Shown piece by piece: positions 55,091 through 64,000 of a stretch of 64,000 nucleotides of DNA. The stretch is from the NCBI GenBank assembly GCA_964570655.1, contig CAZMYU010000002.1, positions 11,367 through 75,366 on the forward strand. The letters are read 5' to 3'. The stretch's first letter is position 1. Each line of letters starts with the position of its first letter. The notes below the pieces were generated by a model that saw only the letters and a list, made by a program, of their open reading frames with translations, did no database searches and was not told the origin of the DNA. A program made the translations under genes and the position numbers. Source of the stretch: an uncultured Gammaproteobacteria bacterium. Lineage in GTDB: Bacteria; Patescibacteriota; Patescibacteriia; Patescibacteriales; UBA12465.

Positions 55091-57205
55091 TTATAATCCT
55101 AATTGATAAATTTTGGCATCACTGAGGATGTAAGCTTTTTTGCCAACTTCATCAATAGCCACGTCTTTGATAGTTCCGTCAGTTTCCAATTTAAATTGTT
55201 TGACAAAGTTGCCGCTCTTATCAAAGACCACTAGGCGTTTATTATTTTTGTCGAGAATATAAAAATTATTTAAAGAGATGAGGCGATCAGCCTGAGTAAG
55301 CGCTGGTTCAACAGTTTTGAGCGCTAAAGAATCCTTGGTCCCGTCATAAAATCTTTCTAGGCTTCCATTTTTGATCAGCAAGTATATATAGCTCTTAGCT
55401 CCTTTGGTTTCAATGGCAAAATCAATGATATCGCCTACTGGATTTTTTAGACGAGGCTCGGGAGTTTTAAAAATATTATCCTTGATGGAAAATTTATAAA
55501 CTTGACCGGCGTTTTTGTCCAAAATATAGACTCGGCCATTATAGACACCGATGGCGCCGACCTCTTTAATAGTATTTGGTTCGATAATAGAAATACTAAT
55601 TGAATTTTGATTATTGATAGCGATAATATTGGAATCACTCCAAAAATAGGCTAGGCCTTTTTCAAAAATAGGGAAGCGGGGATTGCCAGGAAAATTATTT
55701 TGGCCAATTTCAGCCACATTTTTGTTGCCAGTATTAACGGTATAAATTAGACTGGAATTATTACCCAGATACAATTGATTATTGGCAAAAACTAGATTTT
55801 GGGGATCAGCATCGCTTTTGGCAGTTTTTAAATCCAGCCAAGCTCCATTATTTTTAACCACAGTAATTAGGGATAATTTGTCGCTAATTTTTTGATAGCT
55901 GTCTTCTAGTTTTTGATATTCATCGCCGAGATATTTTTTTTCTTTATCGTTGAGAGTTTTAAGAATATTTTCGGCTGAACTCAGTTTTTCTTGAGCAGCT
56001 ACCCGATTATTGTAGATGAGATCGCTATCAGCTCCACTGAGAAATTTATCAATATCGTTTTTCTTAGCATTTAGTCCGTCATTAAAAATTTGTCGTTTAG
56101 TTTGAAATTTTTCAATACCGAAACTACCGAGCAAAACCAGGAAGCAAATCCCAATAACAATTAGGAGAATCTTTCTAGTTTTATGTTTTTTGGGCAGCTC
56201 AGCTAACAAGATATTTTGGTCAATGCTGGTTTCCGGTTGCCAAGGAGCTTTGGAGCTCTTGGATTTAAATAGAGATTTTATTTTTTTGCCAATTCTGGGT
56301 AGGGGATTGAGGTTGTTTAAAATTCTAACCAAAGCATTACTACTTTTGTCCAAAATAAAATTGTTGCCCGGAGCTAGAATTTTTTCAGTTTGGGCTTCGG
56401 CTTGCTCAATAGAGGGTTCGTCTTCTAGGTTGATTAGGTTGTCTAGAGATTTTTCTTCTAGATCATCGTCGCCATAAGAATTATTTTTGATAATGATTCC
56501 TTGGAAACTCAAGTAGGGATTAATTTTGGCTAGATTGTTTTTGATTTGCTGGGCAGCGCCCAAGGGGGCGAGTTTGGTGATTATCTCAATTATTTCTCGA
56601 TTGAATAAATATTCGGCCAAAGCCTCATTGGCAAACAGGAAATAAGCCCGGGCTGGCATAGTGCCGGAAATGATCGAGGTAAATAATTTTTGAAAACGGA
56701 GCGGGGAAGAGCTGGGGCTGGAATCGCCGAGCTGAGAACTTTTTTCGATATTAATAAGTTGGTAATTGCCGTTGTTTTCATCTTCATAAAGCAGGAGGGC
56801 TTGATGACCGCCAATACTGGAGAAATATAATTGATTTTCGTACAATACGCCGATAGTGGCGCTAATATCGGTGGGGCTAAGAGTGATTTTTTCTTTTTCT
56901 AGGAAGTCGATTAGGTCTTTGTTGGTATTAATTAGAGCGGTTTCAAACAAGCCGTCAATTTTAATGGCTTCTATTTTCTGACGTAAGAAAAGTTTTTCAT
57001 TTTGATAGTATTGGGCATTGAAATTGTCTATTAAAAAATCCAAGACTTTTTGGGCTTGGGTCGGCTTGGCTGAGACTTCGGCAATTATAAAAATAGTCCC
57101 AGCTAGATTTTCTAAATCTTTGTCGGGTTCAGCAATAAAAACTCGAACCATTTCCGAGCTTTTTTTTCGGCTGGCAATACTTATAGCGGCCGTTTTTATC
57201 GGCAT
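55091..57205 (-). CDS. Bitopic membrane protein with a degenerate PP2C-like N-terminal domain and a C-terminal beta-propeller
   Basis: Central TM helix; NHL-like repeats (VYILD, FYILDK.NKRLVVFDK.G) in the C-terminus. Confidence 0.65.
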   Translation of the reverse strand: MPIKTAAISIASRKKSSEMVRVFIAEPDKDLENLAGTIFIIAEVSAKPTQAQKVLDFLIDNFNAQYYQNEKLFLRQKIEAIKIDGLFETALINTNKDLIDFLEKEKITLSPTDISATIGVLYENQLYFSSIGGHQALLLYEDENNGNYQLINIEKSSQLGDSSPSSSPLRFQKLFTSIISGTMPARAYFLFANEALAEYLFNREIIEIITKLAPLGAAQQIKNNLAKINPYLSFQGIIIKNNSYGDDDLEEKSLDNLINLEDEPSIEQAEAQTEKILAPGNNFILDKSSNALVRILNNLNPLPRIGKKIKSLFKSKSSKAPWQPETSIDQNILLAELPKKHKTRKILLIVIGICFLVLLGSFGIEKFQTKRQIFNDGLNAKKNDIDKFLSGADSDLIYNNRVAAQEKLSSAENILKTLNDKEKKYLGDEYQKLEDSYQKISDKLSLITVVKNNGAWLDLKTAKSDADPQNLVFANNQLYLGNNSSLIYTVNTGNKNVAEIGQNNFPGNPRFPIFEKGLAYFWSDSNIIAINNQNSISISIIEPNTIKEVGAIGVYNGRVYILDKNAGQVYKFSIKDNIFKTPEPRLKNPVGDIIDFAIETKGAKSYIYLLIKNGSLERFYDGTKDSLALKTVEPALTQADRLISLNNFYILDKNNKRLVVFDKSGNFVKQFKLETDGTIKDVAIDEVGKKAYILSDAKIYQLGL

Positions 57206-57280
57206 AAGATAAACGGATTTTTTTGACTATTATTATAGAATATTATACTATAAATGGTAAGAAGGCGCAAATTTTTTTCA

Positions 57281-57316
57281 GGTGTCAGGCACCAAGTAAT
57301 AAAGGTGCCTGACACC
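57281..57316. repeat. Doublet of 13-bp near-palindromes
   Basis: GGTGTCAGGCACC-aagtaataaa-GGTGCCTGACACC; the two units are exact reverse complements. Confidence 0.88.
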
Positions 57317-57329
57317 AGCAATTAAATCT

Positions 57330-57926
57330 ATGCTAGATATTTTTTTTGGCTCTAAGATTCGAGTCAAAATATTGCAATTATTTTATTTGAACCCAGACAA
57401 TCCTTATTATCTCCGGCAACTCACCAAAGATTTGGGGTGGCCGATAAATTCGGTGCGTTTAGAATTGAAAAAACTAGAAGCCTCTGGTCTACTTAAGGTT
57501 TCTAGCGACAAAGGCGATAAACGTCTTTATAGTTTGAATACCGATTTTTTATTATACTCAGAAATTAGAGCTCTAATTTTGAAATCGCAAATTTTAGCTG
57601 CCCAAAAATTGGCAGTTAACTTGCTCAAAGATGGTCATATTAAACTTCTCATATTATCTGGTCATTTTACGGGCTGTTTTCATTTGCCTACGGATTTGTT
57701 GGTAGTGGGTCGAATCAAAAAGAGTAGTTTTGTGTCGGCGATCAAAAAAATGGAACAAGATCTAGGGCGAGAAGTCAATTATACCTTGCTAGACGAAAAA
57801 GAATGGTTTTATCGTCGCCAAATTAGCGATTTGTTTATCAATCAACTACTTATCAATAATAAAATTGTTTTAATTAATGATTTAGGAATAGTTTTCCCGG
57901 AAGTCGCTAATCGACCAATCCTTTAA
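57330..57926 (+). CDS. Winged-helix regulator with a degenerate nucleotidyltransferase-like C-terminal domain
   Basis: FGSKIRVKIL, Y.LRQL, NSVR.EL..LE..GLL; C-terminal TDLLVVG and GREVNY. Confidence 0.75.
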   Translation: MLDIFFGSKIRVKILQLFYLNPDNPYYLRQLTKDLGWPINSVRLELKKLEASGLLKVSSDKGDKRLYSLNTDFLLYSEIRALILKSQILAAQKLAVNLLKDGHIKLLILSGHFTGCFHLPTDLLVVGRIKKSSFVSAIKKMEQDLGREVNYTLLDEKEWFYRRQISDLFINQLLINNKIVLINDLGIVFPEVANRPIL

Positions 57927-57936
57927 TTATTTATCT

Positions 57937-59514
57937 ATGCTCAGAGCTATCAAGTATTTTTTGTATCTAGTGTTGGCGCTTTTTGTGGTTTTGTTAATTA
58001 TTAATGCCCGAGCTATTATTAGCTTCGGGTCTTTGTTAAAGAATGGCGCTGTGGCCAAAAATAATTTGACCCTCACTTTATCTAGTATCAAGGACAAGGA
58101 TTTGGCGGGAGCGACTCAAGCTAGTGCCCAGGCGGATATAGCTTTAGAAAAAACAATAATTAGTTTAAATTATTTACGTCAAAATTATTGGTTCCAAAAA
58201 ATTCCTGGACTGACCAACAAATTGGATAGTCTGTCGTTGAGCTTGGAACCGGCGGCTAGCTCCACCAAGCTACTAGCCAAAATGTTGCCAGCTTTTAGTG
58301 GTTATCCAGATCCAGCAAATTATTTGGTGGTTTTAGAAAATAGCGACGAACTTCGACCAACTGGTGGTTTTATTGGCACCGTGGGTCGACTTCAGGCCGT
58401 AAATGGAGCTTTGACCATTAAAACTAATGATGTTTATCATTTGGATATGCCGGCTAGTTTGCATCCGGAATTTAAAGTGGATCCCCCAGGCCCAATTAAG
58501 AAATATTTAGGAGTCGATCGCTGGTATTTGCGCGATGCCAATTGGTCGCCCGATTGGCCCACTAGTGCCCGTAAAATTTTGTGGTTTTATGATTTGGAGG
58601 CCAAATATAGTACTGACCAGGATCTTAATCCACCACCGCAATTTTCTGGAGTGATTGCTATTACTCCGCGGGTGGTGACTGATTTGCTTTATCTAACTGG
58701 CCCAGTGACCGTGGATGGACAGACTTATAGCAAGGACAATTTTGTAGCTCTCTTGGAGGCAGAAGTGGAAATGAATTACAAAGACAAAGGAGTCTCGGAG
58801 TGGGATCGCAAACAGGTGATTGTCGGAATTATGGCCGAGATGGAAAAGAAACTTTTGTCTTGGCCCAGCGATCGCTGGCCGGAATTGTTTGATACTTTAG
58901 AAAAAAATATTGACCGAAAAAATATTTTGGTTTATTTTTCTGATAATGAATTACAAAAGATTTCTCAGAGTTTGGGCTGGAGTGGGGAAATGATTAGACC
59001 TCGAGGTGATTATCTAATGGTGGTCGACGCTAATTTAGCGGCTTTCAAAAGCGATCGAGTTATGGATAAAAAATTCAATTATCAAGTGACTGCCAAACCC
59101 GGCGCTTTGTTTTCCAAATTAACAGCCACTTATACTCATAATGGTTCTTTTGATTGGAAGACTACTCGGTATCGCGATTATATTCGGGTCTATGCGCCAA
59201 TTGGTTCCAAACTAACTAAATCAAGTGGTTTAGAGGATGTCAGTTCTTGGGAAGAAAATTTTCAAGATGGCACGATTCGTTATCAGGTTTTTGGCGGCTA
59301 CTTGCAAATTGAACCAGGTAAAAAAGCGACTTGGGAATTGAATTATTCTTTGCCGGGCGGAATTTACGATATGTTTGCTCAGGGAAAATACAATTTGTAT
59401 TGGCAAAAACAACCGGGAGCCAATATTAGCCAAGCTCAAGCCTCTTGGAGTTTTTCCAAAGAGACTACTGGTGGAGCGCTAGAAGTTGATAAGAAAATTA
59501 ATTTGAGTTTTTAA
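57937..59514 (+). CDS. DUF4012 domain membrane-anchored protein
   Basis: YLVVLENSDELRPTGGFIG, RDANWSPD, GVIAITP and KQPG. Confidence 0.88.
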   Translation: MLRAIKYFLYLVLALFVVLLIINARAIISFGSLLKNGAVAKNNLTLTLSSIKDKDLAGATQASAQADIALEKTIISLNYLRQNYWFQKIPGLTNKLDSLSLSLEPAASSTKLLAKMLPAFSGYPDPANYLVVLENSDELRPTGGFIGTVGRLQAVNGALTIKTNDVYHLDMPASLHPEFKVDPPGPIKKYLGVDRWYLRDANWSPDWPTSARKILWFYDLEAKYSTDQDLNPPPQFSGVIAITPRVVTDLLYLTGPVTVDGQTYSKDNFVALLEAEVEMNYKDKGVSEWDRKQVIVGIMAEMEKKLLSWPSDRWPELFDTLEKNIDRKNILVYFSDNELQKISQSLGWSGEMIRPRGDYLMVVDANLAAFKSDRVMDKKFNYQVTAKPGALFSKLTATYTHNGSFDWKTTRYRDYIRVYAPIGSKLTKSSGLEDVSSWEENFQDGTIRYQVFGGYLQIEPGKKATWELNYSLPGGIYDMFAQGKYNLYWQKQPGANISQAQASWSFSKETTGGALEVDKKINLSF

Positions 59515-59515
59515 T

Positions 59516-60754
59516 ATGATTCTAGAATTTATTTTATATTTAACTATTCTAATGTTACCAGCGATCAACTGGTTGTTTAATTTTGGTTCTTTTCAGGTTT
59601 CCATTGTCGAAATTTTGGCCGGAGTTTTGGCGGCGCTATTTTTCATTGATAGATTTGTTCAAATTTTGCAGGGTCGTTCTAAATTGAAAGATATTAAATG
59701 GCCACTTCTTCTACCAATATCTATATTTGTGGTTATTGGTGCAATTTCGGTTTTATTTTCTCAGTATATGTTGTTTTCTGGTTGGTACTTGGTGCGCTGG
59801 GTTTTGTTTTTTTACCTGGCTTATGTGGTAGTGCCTTATAATATTATTAAAAACGGTGATATTTTGAAACGCTCTCTAATTACTTTGTTTATTTCCGGAA
59901 TTTTAGTGGCGATTATGGGTCTGATATCGCTGTATTATCAAGATTGGGGTAATAGTTTTTTCAGAGTCCAGCCGATTAAAGTTTTTGGTATTTATCCGCT
60001 AGGGACCAATCATAATCTAATCGCGGAATTTTTGGTTATAGTGGCTTGGTCATCGCTGGCTCTCAAGCATTGGTTTAAAAGTATTTTTTCTCAAAGACTA
60101 ATTGATGTCTTGGCGGTTTTTCTAATGGTAGTTACGGTCGGGACTTTTTCTCGGACTGGCTGGATAGTTTTGGCCTTGGAAATTTCGGTTTATTTGATCA
60201 TCAATAATATTTTTATCAAAAAACAGAAATTGAAGTTGATTAGTTTGGTGGCTGGTCTTTGTTTTCTAATTATTATTTTGGCTCCTTTTGCTTACCGCAT
60301 GGCTACTTTACAAGCTGACAATACCAGCTCGACTGCCAATCGAGTATTGTTGACCCAAATAGCTTGGCGGTCGATGCTCGCTCATCCGATAATTGGTTAT
60401 GGTCCAGGAATGTTTGTAAATCTGGTTGATAATAATATTCGTTTTCGAGCCAATTATGGTGACCCCTTAGATTCTCATGGAGTGCTTCAAAAAGTAATGG
60501 CCGAAATGGGGCTGCTGGGGGTTTTGAGTTTGGCATATTTGCTGTTTTATATTGGTCGGATTTTCTTTTTGGCTCTCAAAAAATATCCACCCGAAGCTCA
60601 GTGGCTAATCTTTTTGGAAATCGCTGTACTTGGTGGTTTTGCTTATCAATTTTTCAACACCTCTTATTATAAGGGCAAATTGTGGTTACCGGTAGCTTTA
60701 GTCTTATCAGCTATTAATTTGCTTAGTAAAAAATATGCCCGGCTCCAGAAATAA
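59516..60754 (+). CDS. O-antigen ligase/Wzy_C family membrane protein
   Basis: About 11 TM helices, TFSRTGW, R...W..HPIIGYGPG.F and SH...AEMG.LG. Confidence 0.88.
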   Translation: MILEFILYLTILMLPAINWLFNFGSFQVSIVEILAGVLAALFFIDRFVQILQGRSKLKDIKWPLLLPISIFVVIGAISVLFSQYMLFSGWYLVRWVLFFYLAYVVVPYNIIKNGDILKRSLITLFISGILVAIMGLISLYYQDWGNSFFRVQPIKVFGIYPLGTNHNLIAEFLVIVAWSSLALKHWFKSIFSQRLIDVLAVFLMVVTVGTFSRTGWIVLALEISVYLIINNIFIKKQKLKLISLVAGLCFLIIILAPFAYRMATLQADNTSSTANRVLLTQIAWRSMLAHPIIGYGPGMFVNLVDNNIRFRANYGDPLDSHGVLQKVMAEMGLLGVLSLAYLLFYIGRIFFLALKKYPPEAQWLIFLEIAVLGGFAYQFFNTSYYKGKLWLPVALVLSAINLLSKKYARLQK

Positions 60755-61829
60755 TAAAATCAGAATTGCTTATGTAGTACCCTCGCTTAATGCTGGCGGA
60801 GCTGAGCGTTTTGTTTTGGATTTGATAAAAAATTTGGATCGTAGTCGTTTTGAGCCCTGTCTATTCCTTTATGATCATGGCGGATTTTTTCTAAGCGAAG
60901 CCAAGGCCTTGGGGCTGGCGGTGGTAGTTTTACGTAAAAAATGGAAGATTGATTTCAAAAATTTTAGGGAATTATTGCAGGCTCTTCGAAAATTCAAACC
61001 CGATATTATTCATACTCAGCTCGGTGGGGATATTTATGGACAATTGGCCGCTAAATTTTTAAAAGTTCCGGCTATTTCTACTGAGCAAAACGTTAATTAT
61101 AATGAGGGGCGGATTTTTAATTTTTTTAAAACTAGAACTCTGAAACTCGCCAAAAAAGTGGTGGCTATTTCTTTGGCGGTTAAGGATGACGCCATTTCTC
61201 GTTACCAACTGAAACCCGAACAAGTGGCGGTAATTTATAATGGTCTAAATATTAAACGTTTCCTCAGGGAAACCGATCCGCTGATGTGGCGGGAAGAAAT
61301 AGTGATTGGTTCTTTGGGCCGGCTAACTGCGCAAAAGAATTTTTCGGTTTTGATAAAAGCTGTCGCTCTATTAAAAAATAATAAATTCCAAGTTTTGATT
61401 GCCGGAGCTGGAGAAGAAAAAGCCAATTTGGAAAAATTAATTAGTGAGCTGGGGCTGAAAGAGAAAATTAAGCTAGTTGGTTTGCAGGAAAGTGAAGAAT
61501 TTTTGAATAAATTAGATATTTTTGTTCTGCCATCTCTGTGGGAAGGATTAGGAATCGCGGTACTGGAAGCCGGGCTCAAAGGTTTGCCAGTGATTGCTTC
61601 TAGCGTCGATGGCTTAAAAGAAATCATCACAGATGGCGTCACTGGTTGGAGTTTTGAGTCGGGCAGTGCACAGGATTTGGCTAGTAAGTTGCAGTGGCTG
61701 ATGACTAATTTAGCCACTCCTCAGGTTCGCCAAGTAGCGGGTAATTTACGGCAAAAAATTGTGAGTGACTTTGATATCAAAAAAATAAGCGCTCAGTATC
61801 AGGCAATTTATGAAAATCTTACAAGTTAA
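60735..61829 (+). CDS. Glycosyltransferase family 4
   Basis: GGAERF, IYNG and PSLWEGLG..LEA. Confidence 0.93.
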   Translation: MPGSRNNKIRIAYVVPSLNAGGAERFVLDLIKNLDRSRFEPCLFLYDHGGFFLSEAKALGLAVVVLRKKWKIDFKNFRELLQALRKFKPDIIHTQLGGDIYGQLAAKFLKVPAISTEQNVNYNEGRIFNFFKTRTLKLAKKVVAISLAVKDDAISRYQLKPEQVAVIYNGLNIKRFLRETDPLMWREEIVIGSLGRLTAQKNFSVLIKAVALLKNNKFQVLIAGAGEEKANLEKLISELGLKEKIKLVGLQESEEFLNKLDIFVLPSLWEGLGIAVLEAGLKGLPVIASSVDGLKEIITDGVTGWSFESGSAQDLASKLQWLMTNLATPQVRQVAGNLRQKIVSDFDIKKISAQYQAIYENLTS

Positions 61830-63018
61830 CAAATTCAATTATCTCCGGGGGGGAGCGGAGAAATATTTTTTGGAAATAACCAGTGCTCTAGAAAAAGCTG
61901 GTCATGAATTAGCGGTTTTTTCTATGGAACACCCCAAAAATTTGCCTAGCCCTTGCTCAGGTTATTTTGTTTCGCGCCTGAGTTTTAATGAGGGTGAATT
62001 TAAAGACAAGTTGAAAGCTCCGGGGCGAATTATTTATAGTCGCGAAGCTCGGCAAAAATTTAAGAGATTACTAGACGATTTTCAGCCGGATATTATTCAT
62101 ATTCATAATATTTATCATCAGATTTCGCCGTCTATTTTGTTTGAAGCCAGGGCTAGAAAAATTCCGGTAGTCATGCATTTGCATGATTACAAATTGTTTT
62201 GCCCTAATTATAAATTGTATACGCAAAATAAAATTTGTTATCGTTGCCAAAACAAAAAATACAGTCAAGCTATTACGCATAAGTGTTTTCGAGATTCAGT
62301 GATGCTCAGTTCCTTGGTGGCCCTAGAAATGAATGTTCATCATAAGCTGTGGAAAATTTATGAAAATAGTGTTTCGGCTTTTATAGCTCCCAGTCAATTT
62401 ATGGCTGAAACGGCCAAGCACTTCGGTTATCCCCGGAACAAAATATTTCAGTTGTATAATTTTATAGATAAAATTGATAAAACTCCGGCGACCCTTGGTA
62501 ATTATATTTTGTATTTTGGTCGTTTGTCAGCAGAAAAGGGAATCGATGTTTTACTCAGGGCACTAGCCAAATGTCCCGGAGAGATTTTAAAAATAGTTGG
62601 CAGTGGCCCGGAGCTAAGTAAATTAGAAAAATTAGTTATTGATTTGCATATAAATAATCGGGTGGAATTTTGCGGGCAAAAGTCTGGACAGGAATTACAT
62701 AATATTATAAAAAATGCTAAAATTATAGCAGTCCCTTCGGTATGGCTCGAGAATATGCCTTTTTCTCTACTGGAAGCGATGTCTATGGCCAAACCAATTA
62801 TTGCTTCCCGAGTTGGGGGCTTGCCAGAGATGATCGATGAAGGGCGCAGTGGATTTTTGTTTACAGCTGGTAGTGTGGAAGAACTCAGCGCAGTGATAAG
62901 TAATTTACCCAAATTTAATTTGGCTGTGATGGGAGAAACAGCCCGCGAGCGGGTCAGGGATTTGGGAATCGATAAACATTTGGAGAGCTTGGAGAGTATT
63001 TATAGGAGGGTTTTATGA
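61810..63018 (+). CDS. Glycosyltransferase family 4
   Basis: RGGAEKY, HLHDY..CP, GRLS.EKG and PSVWLENMP..LLEA. Confidence 0.93.
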   Translation: MKILQVNKFNYLRGGAEKYFLEITSALEKAGHELAVFSMEHPKNLPSPCSGYFVSRLSFNEGEFKDKLKAPGRIIYSREARQKFKRLLDDFQPDIIHIHNIYHQISPSILFEARARKIPVVMHLHDYKLFCPNYKLYTQNKICYRCQNKKYSQAITHKCFRDSVMLSSLVALEMNVHHKLWKIYENSVSAFIAPSQFMAETAKHFGYPRNKIFQLYNFIDKIDKTPATLGNYILYFGRLSAEKGIDVLLRALAKCPGEILKIVGSGPELSKLEKLVIDLHINNRVEFCGQKSGQELHNIIKNAKIIAVPSVWLENMPFSLLEAMSMAKPIIASRVGGLPEMIDEGRSGFLFTAGSVEELSAVISNLPKFNLAVMGETARERVRDLGIDKHLESLESIYRRVL

Positions 63019-63019
63019 T

Positions 63020-63122
63020 AAACTCAAAATGCAAAATTCAAATGGCAAAACCACAGTGCAAATGTCAAAACTTTTGAGTTTTAAGTTGTGGATTTGAGTT
63101 TTGACTTTTGAGTTTTGAGTTT
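63020..63122. repeat. Heptamer-arm inverted repeat, copy 4
   Basis: TCAAAAT GCAAAAT TCAAATG GCAAAACCACAG ... GTTGTGGATTTGA GTTTTGA CTTTTGA GTTTTGA. Confidence 0.9.
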
Positions 63123-63144
63123 ACGATTATTTTCTGAAAAAAAT

Positions 63145-63618
63145 ATGTATCTAAATAGAAAACAATCAGCCTTTACCCTGATTGAACTTCTGGTAGTGAT
63201 CGCCATTATTGGTACTTTGGCGTCTATTAGTATTGTGTCTTTAAATAGCGCCCGCATGAGAACTCGGGATGCTAAGCGGGTGGCCGATGTGCGCAATATT
63301 GGCGTGGCCTTGGAAATGTATTTTGGTGACATGGGTCGCTATCCCTATACTAGCGAATGGGCTAGTTGGACAAATATTATGTCGACCAGCACTCTAAGCG
63401 GTAGTATTGTGACTACAACTTATATGCGTATTCCAGAGGTGCCCACTCCCAAGGATGGTAATTGTACGATTGCTCAAAATCTTTATTCTTATACTGGCAA
63501 TGCTGATGGCTCGTCCTACGCTTTGTCATTTTGCCTTGGCAATGTCGTCGGCTCCTATTTGGAAGGAGTAAAATGCTTAACTCCTAATGGAGTAATGAAT
63601 AGTGCTTGCGCGCCATAA
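63145..63618 (+). CDS. Type IV pilin / GspG-like protein
   Basis: A|FTLIELLVVIAIIG, RDAKRVAD and C-terminal Cys residues; ATG at 63145. Confidence 0.92.
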   Translation: MYLNRKQSAFTLIELLVVIAIIGTLASISIVSLNSARMRTRDAKRVADVRNIGVALEMYFGDMGRYPYTSEWASWTNIMSTSTLSGSIVTTTYMRIPEVPTPKDGNCTIAQNLYSYTGNADGSSYALSFCLGNVVGSYLEGVKCLTPNGVMNSACAP

Positions 63619-63650
63619 ATCAACAACACATTTTTGCCTTTTTGAAACTA

Positions 63651-63710
63651 TTGACATTGTCATATCTATATGATATAAAGAGTCAATAGTTTTTTTGTTA
63701 ACAATTTAAT
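63651..63710 (+). promoter_or_regulatory. Sigma70 promoter with boxA-like leader element
   Basis: TTGACA, 17 nt, TGa-TATAAA, then TTAACAATTTAA at 63698. Confidence 0.6.
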
Positions 63711-63719
63711 ATTAACCTG

Positions 63720-64000
63720 ATGAAAGTAAAGATTTCCACTAATTTATTTATTGAAAAAAGTGAAAGCAGGGGAGCCTCAATTATAGTTATTGATTTTGAA
63801 GACCCTACTTTGCCGCAAATTACCATTGATAAACTGGCTTGTTCTGTGTATTGCAAGATCGGGAATAGCCTGAAGGTTATCGATTGGGCCAAGCTTGAGC
63901 TGGTACCTGATGAAAAAATTGATGTTAAAAGTTCGCCTTCTTCAGGTGATAGCGGTTTCAAAGTAGAACCAACCGGAAATTACAAACGCATCACCTTCGA
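63720..64000 (+). CDS. Hypothetical (orphan) protein, runs off the 3' end of the window
   Basis: Open frame MKVKISTNLFIEKSESRG... to the window end, downstream of a promoter; not in the ORF track. Confidence 0.6.
   Translation, partial: MKVKISTNLFIEKSESRGASIIVIDFEDPTLPQITIDKLACSVYCKIGNSLKVIDWAKLELVPDEKIDVKSSPSSGDSGFKVEPTGNYKRITF

Noticed and set aside
18976-63122. Heptamer, octamer and nonamer arrays as CRISPR arrays
   Set aside because: The units are 7-9 nt, contiguous and lack unique spacers. No cas1/cas2 or effector genes are in the window.
63081-63332. Minus-strand ORF and the extended pilin start at 63115
   Set aside because: Both run into the heptamer repeat. The ATG at 63145 gives a normal prepilin leader; likewise tsaB starts at 19104 rather than 19077.
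1-64000. Alternative genetic code (UGA read as Gly or Trp)
   Set aside because: Conserved genes are full length under code 11, and TGA occurs at expected C-termini (e.g. dusB and the last GT4).
1-64000. tRNA, rRNA, transposase, integrase or reverse transcriptase genes
   Set aside because: None was recognised by eye. The intergenic GC-rich stems lack tRNA D/T-loop signatures.

Overview
This is a 64 kb, AT-rich, gene-dense segment of a bacterial chromosome using genetic code 11. Gene content and protein families point to Patescibacteria/CPR (Parcubacteria/ABY1, Falkowbacteria-like); this is inferred, not verified. Most of the window is housekeeping. Translation genes include prmC, prfA, rpmE, ileS, hisS, cysS, dusB, tsaB, rpsB, tsf, cca, tgt, rplJ and rplL. 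Other housekeeping genes are rmlBDA, lemA-htpX, a reduced dcw cluster and iscS-iscU-ZIP-sodB. There are also two surface-glycan/DUF4012 modules that each end in a type IV pilin. Four things stand out. (1) A co-directional run of gap, a small basic ORF, a minimal NuoF/HydB, a membrane protein, an [FeFe]-hydrogenase and TM1266 looks like a minimal, non-bifurcating NADH-to-H2 module coupled to glycolysis, with a rearranged Fe-S ligand set in HydB. (2) Intergenic spaces hold many repeat elements: four ~105-120 bp hairpins with 7-mer tandem arms, analogous 8-mer and 9-mer hairpins, paired 13-bp palindromes, REP-like units and a duplicated rplL 3' end. (3) Orphan genes share a sigma70 promoter plus boxA-like leader. 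(4) Several enzymes are divergent: IleRS2 with a GIHH motif, CysRS without its anticodon domain, a TGT lacking zinc ligands, and a protein with a T9SS-type C-terminal domain. No tRNA, rRNA, CRISPR array, transposase or integrase was recognised. All calls are by eye; no database searches were run.
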